64,000 nt of DNA from Camelus dromedarius (Eukaryota). The stretch lies in contig NC_087436.1 of assembly GCF_036321535.1 (NCBI RefSeq), positions 36,458,001-36,522,000 on the forward strand, read 5' to 3'. Below, one piece after another: positions 38,480 to 52,720 of the stretch. How positions within the stretch are numbered: position 1 is the stretch's first letter; each line of letters starts with the position of its first letter. The notes under the pieces are model-generated. The model worked only from the letters and a program-made list of their open reading frames with translations. It had not been told where the DNA came from and did no database searches. The position numbers and the translations under genes are program-made.

Positions 38480-40966
38480 GGAAGGAGGGAGAGGAGTGGA
38501 CGATGCATATTCATAGAAAAGGCTTGAGAATCTCCCAGAAACTCTAGGCGAGATGACTGATGAAGACCTTTCCTTACTGAAGCCAGTCCATAAAGACCTG
38601 GAGAGGTGGCTGTTTCTTTAAATGCACAGACACCAGTGCAAACTACATGAAGCACAAAGATTCAGGGAAATATGACCCAATCAAAGGAACAAAATAAATC
38701 TCCAGTAAGCAACCCTAAGTACATAGAGATCTATGTATTTCTTGACACAGAATTCAAAATATTCATCTTAGAGAAGATCAGAGAGTTACAAAAGAACATA
38801 TATAGACAACTAACTGAAACCAGGAACACCCATGAAAAAAATGAGACCATCAACAACAAAAAAGAAAACATAAAAAAGAACTAAATAGAAATTCTGGAGC
38901 TCAAGAATTTTATAATTAGAGTGAAAAATTCAATAGAGAGCTTCAATATTAGGCTTGATCAAGCAAAAGAATCAGTGAACTTGAAGACAAGTCATTTGAA
39001 ATTACTCAATTAGAGAAATACACACACAAAAGTTAAAAAAGACTTATGAGACATCATCAAATGAACCAATATGCACATTATAGAGTATAAGAAGGAGAAG
39101 AGAAAAAAAGGGATAGGAAGCTTATTTAAATAAATAGTGGAGAAATTTACCTCAATATAATAAAGGCCATATATGATAAGTCCATAGCTAACATCATACT
39201 CAACAGTGACAACTGAAATCTTTTCCTCTAAGGTCACACAAGACAAGGAAGATCATTCTTACCACTTCAACATAGTGATGAAAGTCCTAGCCAGAAAAAT
39301 TAGGCAGGAAAAAGAAATAAAAGGCATATAAATAGGAAATGAAGTAGTAAAATTACCTCTCTTTGCATATGACATAATATATAGAAAACCCTAAAGACTC
39401 CATCAAGTAACTGTTAGAATTAACAAACAAATTCAGTAAAGTTGCAGGATACAAAATCAGCACACAAAAATCTGTTCCACTTCTATACACTATCAATGAG
39501 CTATCTGAAAAAGAAATTACGAAAACAACCCCATTTACAATAGCATCAAAAAGAATAAAATATTTAGGAATAAACTTAACCATAAATGTGAGAGACTTGC
39601 AAACTGAAAACTACAGAACACTGGTAAAAGAAATTAAAGAAGACATAAATAAATGCAAAGGCATTCCATTTTCACGGACTGGAAGACAATATTGTTTAAT
39701 GTCCACACTATCTAAAGTTATCTATAGTTTCAATGTTATCCCCATCAAAATTACAGTGACATTTTTAAATAAAAGTAGAAAAAAATCCTTAAAATTCACT
39801 TGGAATAAATGAATTTTATTCCATAAATTAAAAATAAACTATACCATAACTTATATAATAAAAGTTCCTGAATAACCAAAACAATCTTGAGAAAGAAGAA
39901 CAAAACTGGAGCCATCCTACTTCCTGATTTCAAAATATATTACAGTTACAGTAATTAAAACAGTATGATATTGGTATACAGACAGACATAAATCAATGGA
40001 ACAGGATAGAAATCCCAGAAATAAATCCATACAAATACAGTCAATTAATTTCCAGCAAAAGTGCCAACAATACACAATGGGAAAGAATAATCTTTTTAAC
40101 AAATTATGTAGGGAAAACTGAATATCCACATGCAAAAGAATGAAACTGGACACTTATCTTAAAACATACACAAAAATCAACTCAAAATGGACTAAAGTCT
40201 TAAATATAAGACCTGAAACTGTAAAACACATAGAAGAAAACATAGAGGAAAAGCTTCTTGATACCGGTTTTGGCAATGATTTTTAAATATGACACCAATA
40301 GCACAGTCAACAAAAGCAAAAATAGACAAGTAGAACTACACCAAAACCAAACAGCCATTGCACAGCGAAGAACAATTAACAGAATGAAAGCATCTACGGA
40401 ATGACAGAAGTTATCTGCAAACTATAGCTGATAAGGGGTTACATCCAAAATCTATAAGGAACTCCTAAAACTCAACAAAACAAAACAAATAACCCAATTA
40501 AAACATGAGCAAAAAAACTTGAATAGACTTTTCTTCAGAGAAGACCACACAAATGGCCAACATATATGTAAAAAGAACCTCAACATCACTCATTATTAGG
40601 GAAATGCAAATCAAAACCGCAATGAAATATCATCTCACACCTGTAAGGGTAGTTATTACTTTAAAAAAACAAGCAAAAGATAGTAAGTGTTGGTAAGAAC
40701 GTGAAGAAATTGGAACCCTTGTACACAGTTGGTGGAAATGTAAAATGGTGTAGTTGCTAAGGAAAACAGTATGATGTTTCCTCAAAAGATTAAAAATAAA
40801 CTTATATGATCCAGCAATTCCTCTTCTGGACATATTCAAAAGAACTGAAATCAGAATCTCAAAGAAATATCTGAATTATCATGTTCACTGCAGCATTATT
40901 CAAAATAGTCAAGAAATGAAAACAACCTAAATATCCACCAACGAATGGATAATGAGAACGTGGTGT

Positions 40967-40997
<31 letters not shown>

Positions 40998-41527
40998 TAC
41001 ACATATATATATATACACACACAATGGATTATTATTTCAGCCTTAAAAAAGAAAAAATCTTGCCATATACAATAACATGGGTGAACCTGGAGGACATTAT
41101 GCTAAGTGAAATAACCCAGTCACAGAGGGATACTGTATTATTCCACTTATATGAGGCATCTAAAATAAACTCATAGAAACAGAGAGTAGAATGGTGGTTT
41201 TCAGAAGCTGGAGGGAGGGGGAAATGGGGAGTTGTTCAATGGGTATAAAGTTTAATTTGTGCAAGATGAGTAAGTTCTAGAGATCTGTTGTACAACAAAA
41301 TGCCTACCGTTAATAATAATACATCCTGTGCTTAAAAAAATTTAACAGGATAAATCTCATGTTAAGTGTTATTACCACAAAAAAGGGGGGGTATAAGATT
41401 ACTTTTATTACCTTGATCGTGGTGATTGTTTAATGGGTATGCCTATATCCAAACTCATCAAATTGTATGTACTAAATATGTGTGGTTTTTTGCGTATCAA
41501 CTATGCCTCAATAAAGCTGTAGAAAAA
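38480..41527 (+). mobile_element. Old L1 (L1MA/L1MB-like) with a large internal deletion
   Basis: ORF1-like start (ORF 38672-38884) is joined near 39145 to mid-ORF2 (acctcaatataataaaggccatatatga). Decayed ORF2 runs to ~41165; the 3' UTR ends gcctcaataaagctgtagaaaaa. Confidence 0.9.
40965..41022. repeat. Compound (CA)n(TA)n microsatellite in L1
   Basis: Visible alternating run. Confidence 0.9.
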
Positions 41528-43684
41528 TAAGTTAGTAATCCCTGACACATTTGTTTTCTTCAAAATTAGGTTCAGATATGGTTGAACTATCTCTTCAATG
41601 TGGTCAACTATAAAATGTAAAACAAATTTTCCAATTTAATAAGTGTTTGCTCATGAAATAACATCTCTAGTTATGGAAGATTCTTGCAGACCAAATTAAA
41701 AGATGATGTATATTCTAGGACTGCTAATTCATGAAATATCTAAATCTCTCTTATATGACATGGGTTTGTGGTTTGTTCGTTGTTTTCCATCTTAGATCTC
41801 ATACTGACTTAAAATTGGGGATAGTTGCTTTTTCATAGAAGGTGAGTGAATCTTTCTGAGGATGAACACTTGAGTAGGGTGAATTGGGTTTACTCCCAAA
41901 CTCACTAATGCCAATTCCCCTCCAAGCCCTACTATTGTCTATCTGGAGAAATAGAAGAAATATCATGCTAGATATTTTAGTTTAAATAGTAAATTTTGAG
42001 ACAGTGGGAAGTTAACCAATTTCCACTAACTTAATAAATTTAATGTCTTATCTCCTCTGTATCTAGTTACTGACTTACAATTTGGCTAAAAATTTTAAGC
42101 TCAATATAAATGGCCAAACAACACTGAAATCCAGTGGAATGGTTATGGGATTGCTATTTGAAGAAATATAAAAGATTTTAGTATGGCTATTTTCTTGCTA
42201 AAATGCTACGAAGACTGCAGACATTGATGGGTGAAAATAGATGATAAAAGATTGGTTTGCCTTTGTTTTCATGAAATGGAGACAACATTTCAACGCAGAA
42301 ATGCACAATTACAAAGAAATGGGAAAGCAGTGAGATTTCTCTCTGAAGCTGTCATTCTTGTGTGTGACTGAAAGCACAAAATATCAGTCCATGTAACTTG
42401 AGCAATCTGAAAACAGGTGTCTCTTGGCAATGGTAATACAACCTTCAATTAATAAACATTATTTTCTTTTATCCTTGAATCCAGTCTTATCAATCCACTG
42501 TGGAATTAGTGTTTTTGGAAATTAAAGTAAAAATATTTTCAGTATTATTTAAATTGTAAACCATATGAATTCAAGAAAGAACAGGTATGAAAAAATAAAC
42601 TGAAGGAGAAAACTCACAAATGAGGACTATTTGAGAAGCTTTCTTTTGACTATTATCTGCTCATAGAGCAGAAACAAGTGTTTCTCACTCAGCTTTCTGA
42701 TTTAAGACAACAGCTCTTTCAGTTATTTTTGGCCAGAAAATTAGCAAGACACAGATTAATAGAAAGCACAATGTTAGGGAATAAACTATATGTCATACTA
42801 GATGGTTGTGGTAATTGTGAAATACAAATTTTATCTATCCCACTATAAATACACATCACAATTTTTATCAATATATGGCATAATCACAAAAAGAAAACCA
42901 TAAAAGCATGTTGTTTAACCATAAAGAGAAGAATCAAAATGGAAGAGTTCCATGGAAAGCCCAACTTTTCATCATTTCAGATTATAGTTAAATATCAAAA
43001 GAAAAACATGGAATATATATTTGATCATACATAGTGTAAATCAACAAAAGGAGATTGTTTACTTTTATAAGGATTTGACTCTCTCAAAACTCTGTTCAGG
43101 GGACACCTTCTGCTTCCTTAGAATTCAGACACTCATTTATTTGAGATGCAGTAACTTTTTCCATCCAGAATACTATAAAATGGACACATACTGAGGCTTT
43201 TTTTAGTTTTCATAAGGAAAAAAAAGAACAATTTCCTTGTTTTCCCATGATAAAATAGTTCCATGTCAGAACTTCAGTAATCCACATTTCCCCCCACTCC
43301 AACTTTCCCTACCAAACTTTCAACACTCTTGTTAATAGTACTGCTTCATTTTAAATCTCTCAATAGCAAATAGTGCATATTAAATTTAAATACAACCCTG
43401 ATGTTGTATCTTATGCTCATAAACCAGCAAATAAAATTCAGATTTTATTTGTATCTAATTAATCAAGGCATTTCTCAAGGCTTTTCAAGCTATGTTCAGG
43501 CTTTAAATAGAGTATTTCTGCAAAATTTTGATATGAGAAAAAAAGTCATTTTTTTGTTTAGCTCCTCCAATTTCTTCTCCATAATATTACTAGAGGAATC
43601 TTTATAAAATGCAAGTATAACACTCTATCAGTATTTTTGCAATGTACTCAGGAAAAGGCCTACTTTCTCAGAGTGACATACTAT

Positions 43685-44430
43685 AAATAGTTATTGAGTG
43701 ACAACTATGTGTTATAGGCCCTAAGGGTAGCAATAGGCAAAACAAACAAAAATCTCTGCTTTCAGAGTTTATAATATAGTGGAAGCACATAGATAATTAA
43801 TGAATAAATAAGAAACTAATGCAATGTGCTAGAAGGTGATAATAAGCTATAGAAGGCGAAAAAGCAGGGAAGAGAGAGAGCTAGTTACTGGGAGGTCAAT
43901 ATTAATAATATGACCAGAAAAAAAATTCCTCTGAGTGAAAGACACATGAACAAGGAATTGAAGAAGATGAGGGAAGTCAAGAGGATATTGGGGTAGAGAG
44001 CATTCCAAGCAGGAAAGAGAGCGAATAGCAAGGAGACCAGTGTGACAGGAGGTAAAAGAGGAGACTAGTGGAAGATGACATTATTGAGGTCAGATGAGTA
44101 GGGCCTTATAAGCCAATTAATAACTTTGGCTTTTACTTTTGGTGAGATAAGAAGCCACTTGAAGCTTTTTGGTCAGCATGACATAATTTGATTTTGATTT
44201 TAAAAGAATCGCTCTGTGTGAAAAGAGGCAAGAACTTGAAAAAGGGGCACCAACTAAGAGAATCACTGGAATATTCAAACAAAAGATGATAATGGCTTAG
44301 AGTGGCTAAGATAGCTGTGGTTATACGTGGTGGATCAAGGATAAATTCTGAGGATAGAACAAGAATTTTGACAGATTGAATATGGAGTACAAGAGAAAGA
44401 AAGAAAACAAAGATGACTGCAGAGGTTTTT
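43685..44430 (-). mobile_element. L2 LINE fragment
   Basis: ttattgagtgacaactatgtg...gagagcattccaagcagg...agaagccacttgaagctttt...tgacagattgaatatggagt: purine-rich antisense L2 pattern. Confidence 0.75.
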
Positions 44431-44914
44431 GTTGTTTCGAGCAGTTCACACTATTTGGGATTCCCATTGGCAAGTGATAGGGAAACTATGGAATCATCTT
44501 TTCTTGAACTGCTGCCACATTTCTATAGTATTTGTTGATACAGTTAATCTTAAAATATATTTTCAAGCATTTGAATATACTGATGTGTTTTAGGATGCTA
44601 TTTTCACTTACTATTCAAAGAGAAAGCATTACCACTTCTACAATGTTTGGGGCTTAGTTAGGTTACGAAAATTGACCGTAGGAGTTGTGATTGAATGTCA
44701 TGTGGTATCTTTTACTATTTAACAATAAAGAAAATTTAAAACTTTAACCCATTTCATTCTCCTTAATTGTAATAATAGCTATTTTACACATGTTGGTTAT
44801 ATACGCAATTCTTAGAGATGAATATAGTTTCACTTGGTGATATTATTTCAGTTTAGCCACAAACCAGAAGCACACTGCAAATGTTTCAACCACAATTGTG
44901 AAGCTAGCAAAAAA

Positions 44915-46255
44915 TTTTCGCAGCTTTGAGATATAATTTACATACCACAAGTGTATATTTTAGTGGTTTTCAGTATATTCACAAAGTTGTGCATCCATCA
45001 CCACCTTAGAACATTTTCATCACCCTAAAAGAAACCCCATAACCCATTAGCAGTCACTCCCCATTCTCCCTTTTTCCAGCCCATAGAAACTTCTAATCTA
45101 CTTTTGCCATGAGGGATTTGCTTTTTCTGGACATTTTATATGACTGGAATCATACAAAATCGGGCCTTTTGTGACCAGTTGCTTGAAATTAGCCTAATGT
45201 TTTCAAAGTCCAACTGTGTTGTAGAATGTATCAGAACTTCTGTACTTATTGCCAAATCATGTTCCATTATATGGATATACCACATTTTGTTTATCCATTC
45301 ATCAGCTGACTGGTATTTAGTTTGCTTCCACATTTGGCTGTTTTGATTACTGCTGCTATGAAATTTGCATACAAGTTTTTGTGAAGATATATTTTCATTT
45401 CTCTTGAGCATATACCTAGAAGTAGAATTGCTGGGCACATGGTACCCTGTTCAACATACTGAGGAACTGCCAAACTGTTTTCCAAAGCAGCTGCACCATT
45501 ATTTTAATTTCCCACCAGCGATGCCTCATGGTTCAAATTTCTTCACATCCTTGTCGACTCTTGTTATTGTCTTTTTAATTTTAGTTATCCTAATTGGTAT
45601 GAAGTCTCATTGTAGTTTTGGTTTGATTTTCCCTGGTGATTAATGATATTGAGCATCTTTTCATGTGCTTTTTTGATCATGTGTACTTTTTGCAGAAATG
45701 TCTATTCAAATCATCTGGCCACTTGGGTTGGCCAGATTGGGTTATTTGTCCTTTAATTGTTGAGTTGCAAGAGTTCACTATATATATTCTGGATATAAAT
45801 CACTCATAAGATACATGGTTTGAAAATATTTTCTCCTATTCTGCGGGTTGTCTTTTCAATTCCTTTATGGTGTCTTTTTAAATAGGAAAGTTTTAAATTT
45901 TGATGAGGTACAATTTTTTTCTTTTGTTATTTTGCTTTTAGTGACATATCTGAGAAACCACTGCCTAGTTCAAAGTCAAGAATATTTACCCCAATGTTTT
46001 ATTCTGAGTTTTGTAATTTTAGCTCTAAAATTTAGGTTTATGATCCATTTTGTTTGTACATAGTATGAAGCAGGGATCCAATTACATTCTTTCACATGAA
46101 GATATCCAGTTGTCCCAGCATCAGCTGTTGAAAAGGCTATTCTTCCATTGAATTATCTTGGCATCCTTATCAAAAATAAATTGACCATAATTTAAAAGTA
46201 TATTTCTGGACTCTCAATTCTATTCCATTAATCTATAGGTCCATTCTTATGCCAT
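44915..46255 (-). mobile_element. L1 (L1MB-like), 5'-truncated, minus strand
   Basis: cagctttgagatataatttacatacc (3' end) to tattccattaatctata...cttatgcca; ORF 45136-45438 is ORF2 C-terminus-like. Flanking direct repeat AAGCTAGCAAA at 44901-44911 and 46259-46269 is a probable TSD. Confidence 0.9.
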
Positions 46256-49200
46256 TAAAAGCTAGCAAATTAGATCCTTAACAATGAGCTACCTATCCAT
46301 CCTCTTGCATTTACGGTCTTGTACTGGAACATCTTTGTATATCTGTTTTTCCTACTAAAATATGTATGTGAGGGGTAGCAATCTATTTTTGTACTCTCAT
46401 AGCCCATGATGATGTTCAATAATGTACCTGAAATGTTTTGGTTAAAAAAACCATATAGGATTGTCTAAAAAGAATAAGCCTAATGTACTCATACAGTGCT
46501 AGGGGCATATTAATGAGAAACCCAAAATAACAGTGACTTAAATGAGATATGTTTCTTTCTCTCACACACAAAACAATTCAGAAATCAGGCAACCATAGCT
46601 GATTTGGCAGCTCCATGAAAACATTGGTATCCTAGCTCTCAGCTCTAACATCCCTAGAGTATGGTGCCCTGTCCTTAGCTGCAGGAGAGTCACTAGAATC
46701 CATTGTATCTGCATGGCCACACCACATTGCAAAGGAAAATTAGGGAATGTGGTCTTTATTGGAGAGTAGTAATGTATCCAGCTAAAACTCAAGATTCTTA
46801 TTCTAAGCAGGAAGGAAGAATAGATATTAGGAGAATATTAGCATTATCTACACAGAAATAACAGGGTAACTTTTTAAAATTCCTTTGGGTCTGAAAAAAA
46901 TGAGGAATTTAGGAAGCTTCAAAGTAATTCAGCGTCTAATAGCTGTTCCTGTAGGACTGGACTGAGATGAGCCTGGGATGGGTGTGAAGCTTGTTCTTTT
47001 TTTTCAGGTTCTGATGCCCTAGCCATCTGTGACCCTCATGTGGTCCTATCTTCACCATTGTGGTGTGGCACCTAAATTTATACTCCCCAGGAAATAGTAC
47101 CATACAACCTAAATCTAAGTCATCCCTAAATCCTAGTCTAATATCTTACTGTTTCATATCCCCTGAAACCTACTCTAGTATAGAGAACAATGAATTTCTT
47201 GAAATCTAAATACTAGAGCTATATTATATTTATTCTTCTGAGGAGTATATGAGAATGTCAACATAACTTTCAGTGATATTTCAACCACACAAGTATTTCT
47301 AATAGTTAGGATTTTAACCATCACAGCCAACATAGCCAAACACAGAGGGAATGTGGGAGTAAAAGAGTGTATTATCTTGCATTACACAGTCTGCTTCCCA
47401 TACGAGGCAACAAAAAATTACTCTTTGTCTTCTGCACACTCTACACAAAAAACAAAAGTTCTCTTTTGCCTTACCTCGAGAATATTTTTTGAAATTTTAT
47501 GCTGTCTCTCACCATGTTTACAGGTAGTTCTAAGGTAAACAACAATTATTCCTCACTTACAGAAGAAGTAAAATTCTTAAGCATTATTATGTTACCACCT
47601 GCTATACTCAAAACATTTCATCATCATTCTGGTCCACGAAGCAGCCAACATGCAATTACTTTCTTTAGTAACTGTACCTGCACCTTACATGAGTAAGTAT
47701 ACATCTCTAAGAATTCTTCATGGTGTTGCTTCCCCCTAAACACACCTCAACTCAGAATAATGAAACTCTAAGGTCCTCCATTATGGCCACATCTAGGGTG
47801 CCTTTCAGATGGCCCATGGGTTGCACCAAGGGTTTACTCCCTCCCCTTAGGAAAGAAAGGATGCTAGAAATAATTAGGTTTTTGGTAAGCTCCATATTTT
47901 AATATTAGCTCAATGGTTTTGTTAAGAACTTCCCTATTTTGCAGACTCACAATTTGAGAAATCTGTAAAAAGTAAGAGCGGGAGAGAGGAAGATAAATTT
48001 CTCCAGGTTAATTCTGCATAGGAAAAATGTTATTAATATGAATATTTTCAGTGACTATGTGCCTTCAGTATGGTTAGACGCTTCTTCATACTTGTGTGCA
48101 AGAGCTGATATAATGAGTGTCAACAAATTTATTTACAAGATTTTCCTCCTAGGATAAAATAACTTTGTCTATTGGTGATGAGTACAGCTCACAATTTATC
48201 AATCAGATTAAAATGCCCCAGAGATTTGCCAATGCCTATAAGTTCTATAATACATTCTTACCCTGTGGTTACAGTTTGCCTGATTTCTTAAGAAATAGGA
48301 AGTAATTACAGATTATCTATCTATACACACATGTGTACACACACATATACACACACAAACACAGAAGGTCCATGTGGGTTAATCTATAAACAAGTTTGGC
48401 CTAAGAGGTGAAATGAAATCTACAAGGATCCTAACATCATCAGGTAGGTAGTCCAAAATTATCTGCCCAATAATGTCAAATATAGAGAAGAGAATTAGGA
48501 ATAAAGTACATATTCATAAACTAAAAAAAAATTATATAAGAAGCAAGCTTGACTCTAAAATTAGCCACTGATATAACTACTTCTGGAAGCTCTATCAATA
48601 TAAAAAGCCCAGTCATCAGGAGGTGGTGTGAAAGCCTTCCCTCTGTTCCCTGTAACAGAAGATACAAATGCATCTTATTTGCAAAGATTGGTTCCTCCTT
48701 CCGTATCTATGACTTGCATGAGTGAGGCTTGATAGAGTGTTAATTTGCTTGACTTCCTCCTCTTCTTGGGCATTACTGTCTTCTATAATTTTTTTTGCCT
48801 TGATCTGCAGACATGTGAAGACAAGCTTTCACTTGCTTTTGCTAAAACATCAAATTTGTTTTTATCTTAAACATTTGAATGGAAATCTCTCTCAAAATTA
48901 TGACATATACTCTGACTTCCTAAACAAAGCAGATTTAAATAAAGCAAAACATAATTTCAATGTTCTTTGAGGAGGCAGGTCATCACTGTGGATATCAGTC
49001 ATTTATATTTTGTTATTATACAGGGTTACTGGGGTGCACAGGGGTTACTGGATCATATTCTAAGGTCCCAGAAGACTGTGCTTTTCTTTGGCTCCCACAT
49101 TTCCTTCATTTTTTTATACTTCACTTGTTTTCTATTTTTATATTTATGTCCTATGCCTCATCCTTTTAAACTGTCAATGATCATTTATTCTGCAGGCAGC

Positions 49201-49532
49201 CCAGTCCCACAATTGCTTCTAATACCTTACTCTTGAAAACAAAAAACAAGGCTGGCTAGAATTGGGTCTAAAGAAACCATGAGAATAGAGCAGAAATATT
49301 AAAGACTTGGCATGCAAGCTATTACTTGACATCCAGAGCCCATTGCAGACTAAATATCCACATGCCCTTCTCCGCTGAGGACAGAATTATTCTCAATACA
49401 GCACTCCAAGCAGACACTGTTAATAATTCAGCACATCATAAGACTTTTTAAAAATTAACTTTCAGATTTTTGGTTGCTTTAGAGAAATGAGGTTGTTCTT
49501 CAACTCAGATCAGGATAGGTCAATTTTAATGG

Positions 49533-50081
49533 TGAAGGGTAGCAGAATATGGCTACCCCAAAATATGCCCCTTTGGCCATAAAGATTATTTTTAGTTGAT
49601 TATTTTGAGAAACTACAGACACAGGAGAAGCTCTGAAAATAGAATAGGAGTTATCCTTCTGTATGGGAAACCTACACTTAAAAAGGAAATTTACATTAAA
49701 TTCCTTTTTAGAGAGAAGTCTGTATCAAGAAGGAAGCTATTACCAGAGATAACTTTTTTTATGCAAGAGACTTATGTGCATGGCAGGGCAACCTTTGCTT
49801 ACCAAACATTTCCTCTTCTCACCTTCCCAGGAAAGGCATCCTCCCTTTTAAGCCCCAGATCCCTACCTCTTTCCTTAGGTCAGGATGGTATCTAAGCCTC
49901 AATCATCTGGTTGCCTTTTGAATCTCAAAATTTTAAGGGCTCCTATAGGTACACATGTATGTACTTAAAATTGTTTATTTTTTCTCCCATTAATCTGTCT
50001 TTTATTACATGGTGGGGTGGGGGTGGGTGTCTCAGCAGAGCACTGAGAAGAATAGAGGAAAATAACTTTTCCTACTCTATG
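49533..50081 (+). mobile_element. Solo LTR, ERV1 class (MER34-like)
   Basis: Starts TGAAGGGTAGCAGAATATGGCTACCCCAAAATATGCC; ends agaagaatagaggaaaataacttttcctactctatg; 4-bp TSD ATGG at 49529-49532 and 50082-50085. Confidence 0.8.
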
Positions 50082-50769
50082 ATGGATAGAAATCTTCTTA
50101 GATAGACTGACATATTATGGAATAATATCTGTTATACCTTACCTCTAGAAACTTTATAGAATGATTAAAAGTTATTTGGTTAATTAGATTTTTCCTAAGT
50201 TTAACATGGGCAATGCTGGAATGGTGAAATTTTCCACTTGTTCATTTTTCAACTCTCATATTAGGCAGACTGGTAAACCTGGATGACATAAAACATTTTT
50301 TGCAAAACAAACGCCATCATTAAAAAATAAAAAACTCAGTGGTAAAGGGAGAGGATGTAGCATATCAGAAACAAGTCGTGAAATTATTTATTCAAATCAA
50401 AGTTAACAGATTAGGATTGTATGCTTTCATTTATGCTATTTTATTTGTCATTCACAAGAGTCCAATTAGGTCCATATAGTCATTTTAGAAATGAAAAAAC
50501 AGGCTTAGGGAGGATAAGTAGTTTGTTCAAGGTCACACAGCCAGCGAGCGACAAAGAGCACTGGTGTTCACGTTTACCTGATTCCCAATTTCAAATATGG
50601 AACTTAGTGTATAATCACCAGTTGGCATACATTTCACCATTCCCTTTCCTTTCTCTCTCTTGCTCCACCCCTATTTGTTAATATGAAAACTATGTAATTG
50701 GTACAGAAATACAGGCTTATACCACTGTTAAGGAGTGCTAAGTTGTTAAGAACTTTCTGAATAAGTGTC

Positions 50770-51220
50770 AGAAGCCTTAAAATATTCATATTCTTTGACC
50801 CAGTAATTCCAACTCTAGAATTTTATCCTAAGAGGATTATCAGAAATTTGCACAAATATTTATGTGTAAAAGATTTTAGTGAATTACAGCACTATTCATA
50901 ATTGTGAATGACTGGAATTAATGTAAATCCCAGTAACAGAATACAGTCACACAACAGATCCTATGCAACCACTAAAAATAATGTTTTAGAAGAACACTTA
51001 ATATATGAGATATTTATAACACATGATTAAGAGGCAAAAGCATGTAAAACTGTACCACACACACAAAAAAGATTGGATGGACATACAAACCAGTATGTGA
51101 TAACAATAGTTATCTCTACCAAGATTACAGTTGATTTTCATTTTTTTTCAGTTTCTTTGTATTTTCCAAATTTTCTATAATGAATATACATTATTTTGTA
51201 ATTAGATGTTGTCATTTTTA
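50770..51220 (+). mobile_element. Ancient L1 (L1ME-like) 3' region
   Basis: ctttgacccagtaattccaactctagaattttatcctaag...tttgtattttccaaattttctataatgaatatacattattttgtaattag. Confidence 0.75.
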
Positions 51221-51259
51221 AACAACAAAATCAGACTATAATCATTAAAAAAAAATTAG

Positions 51260-51624
51260 TGTTAAAAATGAGCCCAAAATGGAGTTACTTATACTAAGCC
51301 TCACATCACCAAACTGAGACTTACTTACAGTTTTGGCTTACCCAGAACTCCAATCAGGAACTGCCTAATCAGCATCAGTTAGGTAATCTGCCTGATAAAG
51401 CTCTGCAATCCCCTAAAGGAAAGTAACCTTGCGATAAGCAACCTACTTTTTTGCCCGGTATAATTTCCTTACCTCCAGTCCCTTCTGACTGTGAAAATCT
51501 TTCATTTTGTACAGCTCTTCAGAGCTCCATTCTATCTGCTAGATTGGATGGTGCCTGATTTGAATTGAGTTTTGCTCAAATAAACTTAAAAAAATTTTAG
51601 TATGCCTCAGTTTACCTTTTAAGA
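51260..51624 (+). mobile_element. Solo LTR, probable ERV1 class (365 bp)
   Basis: Terminal inverted repeat TGTTAAAA...TTTTAAgA; CCAAT at 51350; AATAAA at 51579-51584; 4-bp TSD TTAG at 51256-51259 and 51625-51628. Confidence 0.82.
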
Positions 51625-52584
51625 TTAGGAATGATGAAGCAATGGACTGTCAATGATAGATCCAAAGCTATTGTAGAAGAGGAAAGAACTTAGAAACAAA
51701 GTTAGGTAGGAAGAGCAATCAGATGAAGACAAGCTTGAATAAATGTAAATAACAACTTTATCTTCACAATAATTTTAATGAAGGCATTTATCTTGGCAGA
51801 AGAGAAAGCTAGTATTTATTTGTAAGCTGCAAGGCTTAATTCTTAATGTATGAAGGAAATAAAGGTCTTCATAAAATATATACAACCAGAAAATTTCTTT
51901 TGTTAGCTATTTTGCTGTGAAATGAGATAAAACAGATGCGAAAGTGCTTTATGAACTGGAAGTGTTTTGCAAGTCAGTTATTATTACCATCAGAAGATTA
52001 TCATGTTCTACCTCTAGTAACTGCTGTGTGACTTGTCATAGGGGTCTTATATTTACATAAGAAGATTTCCAAAGGTTTTGAAGATACTCCCTTTCTCATT
52101 GCATTTAAGCAGTGAGCTGTCTCTTGGCTGCCAAATGCAGACTACTACCTTGAGCAATATCCTCATGTCAGCCTTAGAGCATTGCACTCCTAAAAATACA
52201 AGGCAGTTTAAATACACATTGGCTACAATAATCTTCTTACTTTAGATATGTGAGAAGTGTTAGGAAACATCAAGAGCTCTAGTGCTTTTAAAAGACCCCA
52301 GAAAGAGATTAAAAAACATGAGCAAAATCCAGTTTTTGTAGCTACTGTAGGAATTCAGCTCCTCTCAGTTCTTCGAAATCTTAAAGCTGCTCAGACAAGG
52401 TGCTGGTTATGTGGAGGTGGATGATGTCTCGCCTGACTCACCTGCTATCACTGGGAGAGTGAAGTGAGATGGAAAATAGGAGCAACTTAATTCAGTTTTT
52501 TCTATGTAGCATAATGGGCCTAGAATTTGGCATCACTATGTAACATGGGAAATACATGAGATCGTTAGGGACAGGAAGGCTTGG

Positions 52585-52720
52585 GGTTTTCACTACTAAT
52601 TTAAAAATGTGATCTTGGGCAAGTCACTTAACCTTCACAAACATCCAATTTCTTATCAGCAAAATGTGACTCAATGAGATAATGAATTTTTAAACGCTTT
52701 GCAAAATTAAAAGTACCAAG
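52585..52720 (+). mobile_element. MIR SINE
   Basis: tgtgatcttgggcaagtcacttaacctt...aatttcttatcagcaaaatg. Confidence 0.75.

Noticed and set aside
42050..42560. Possible ancient DNA-transposon coding remnant
   Set aside because: Composition is suggestive, but I could not identify terminal repeats or transposase motifs; needs a Dfam search.
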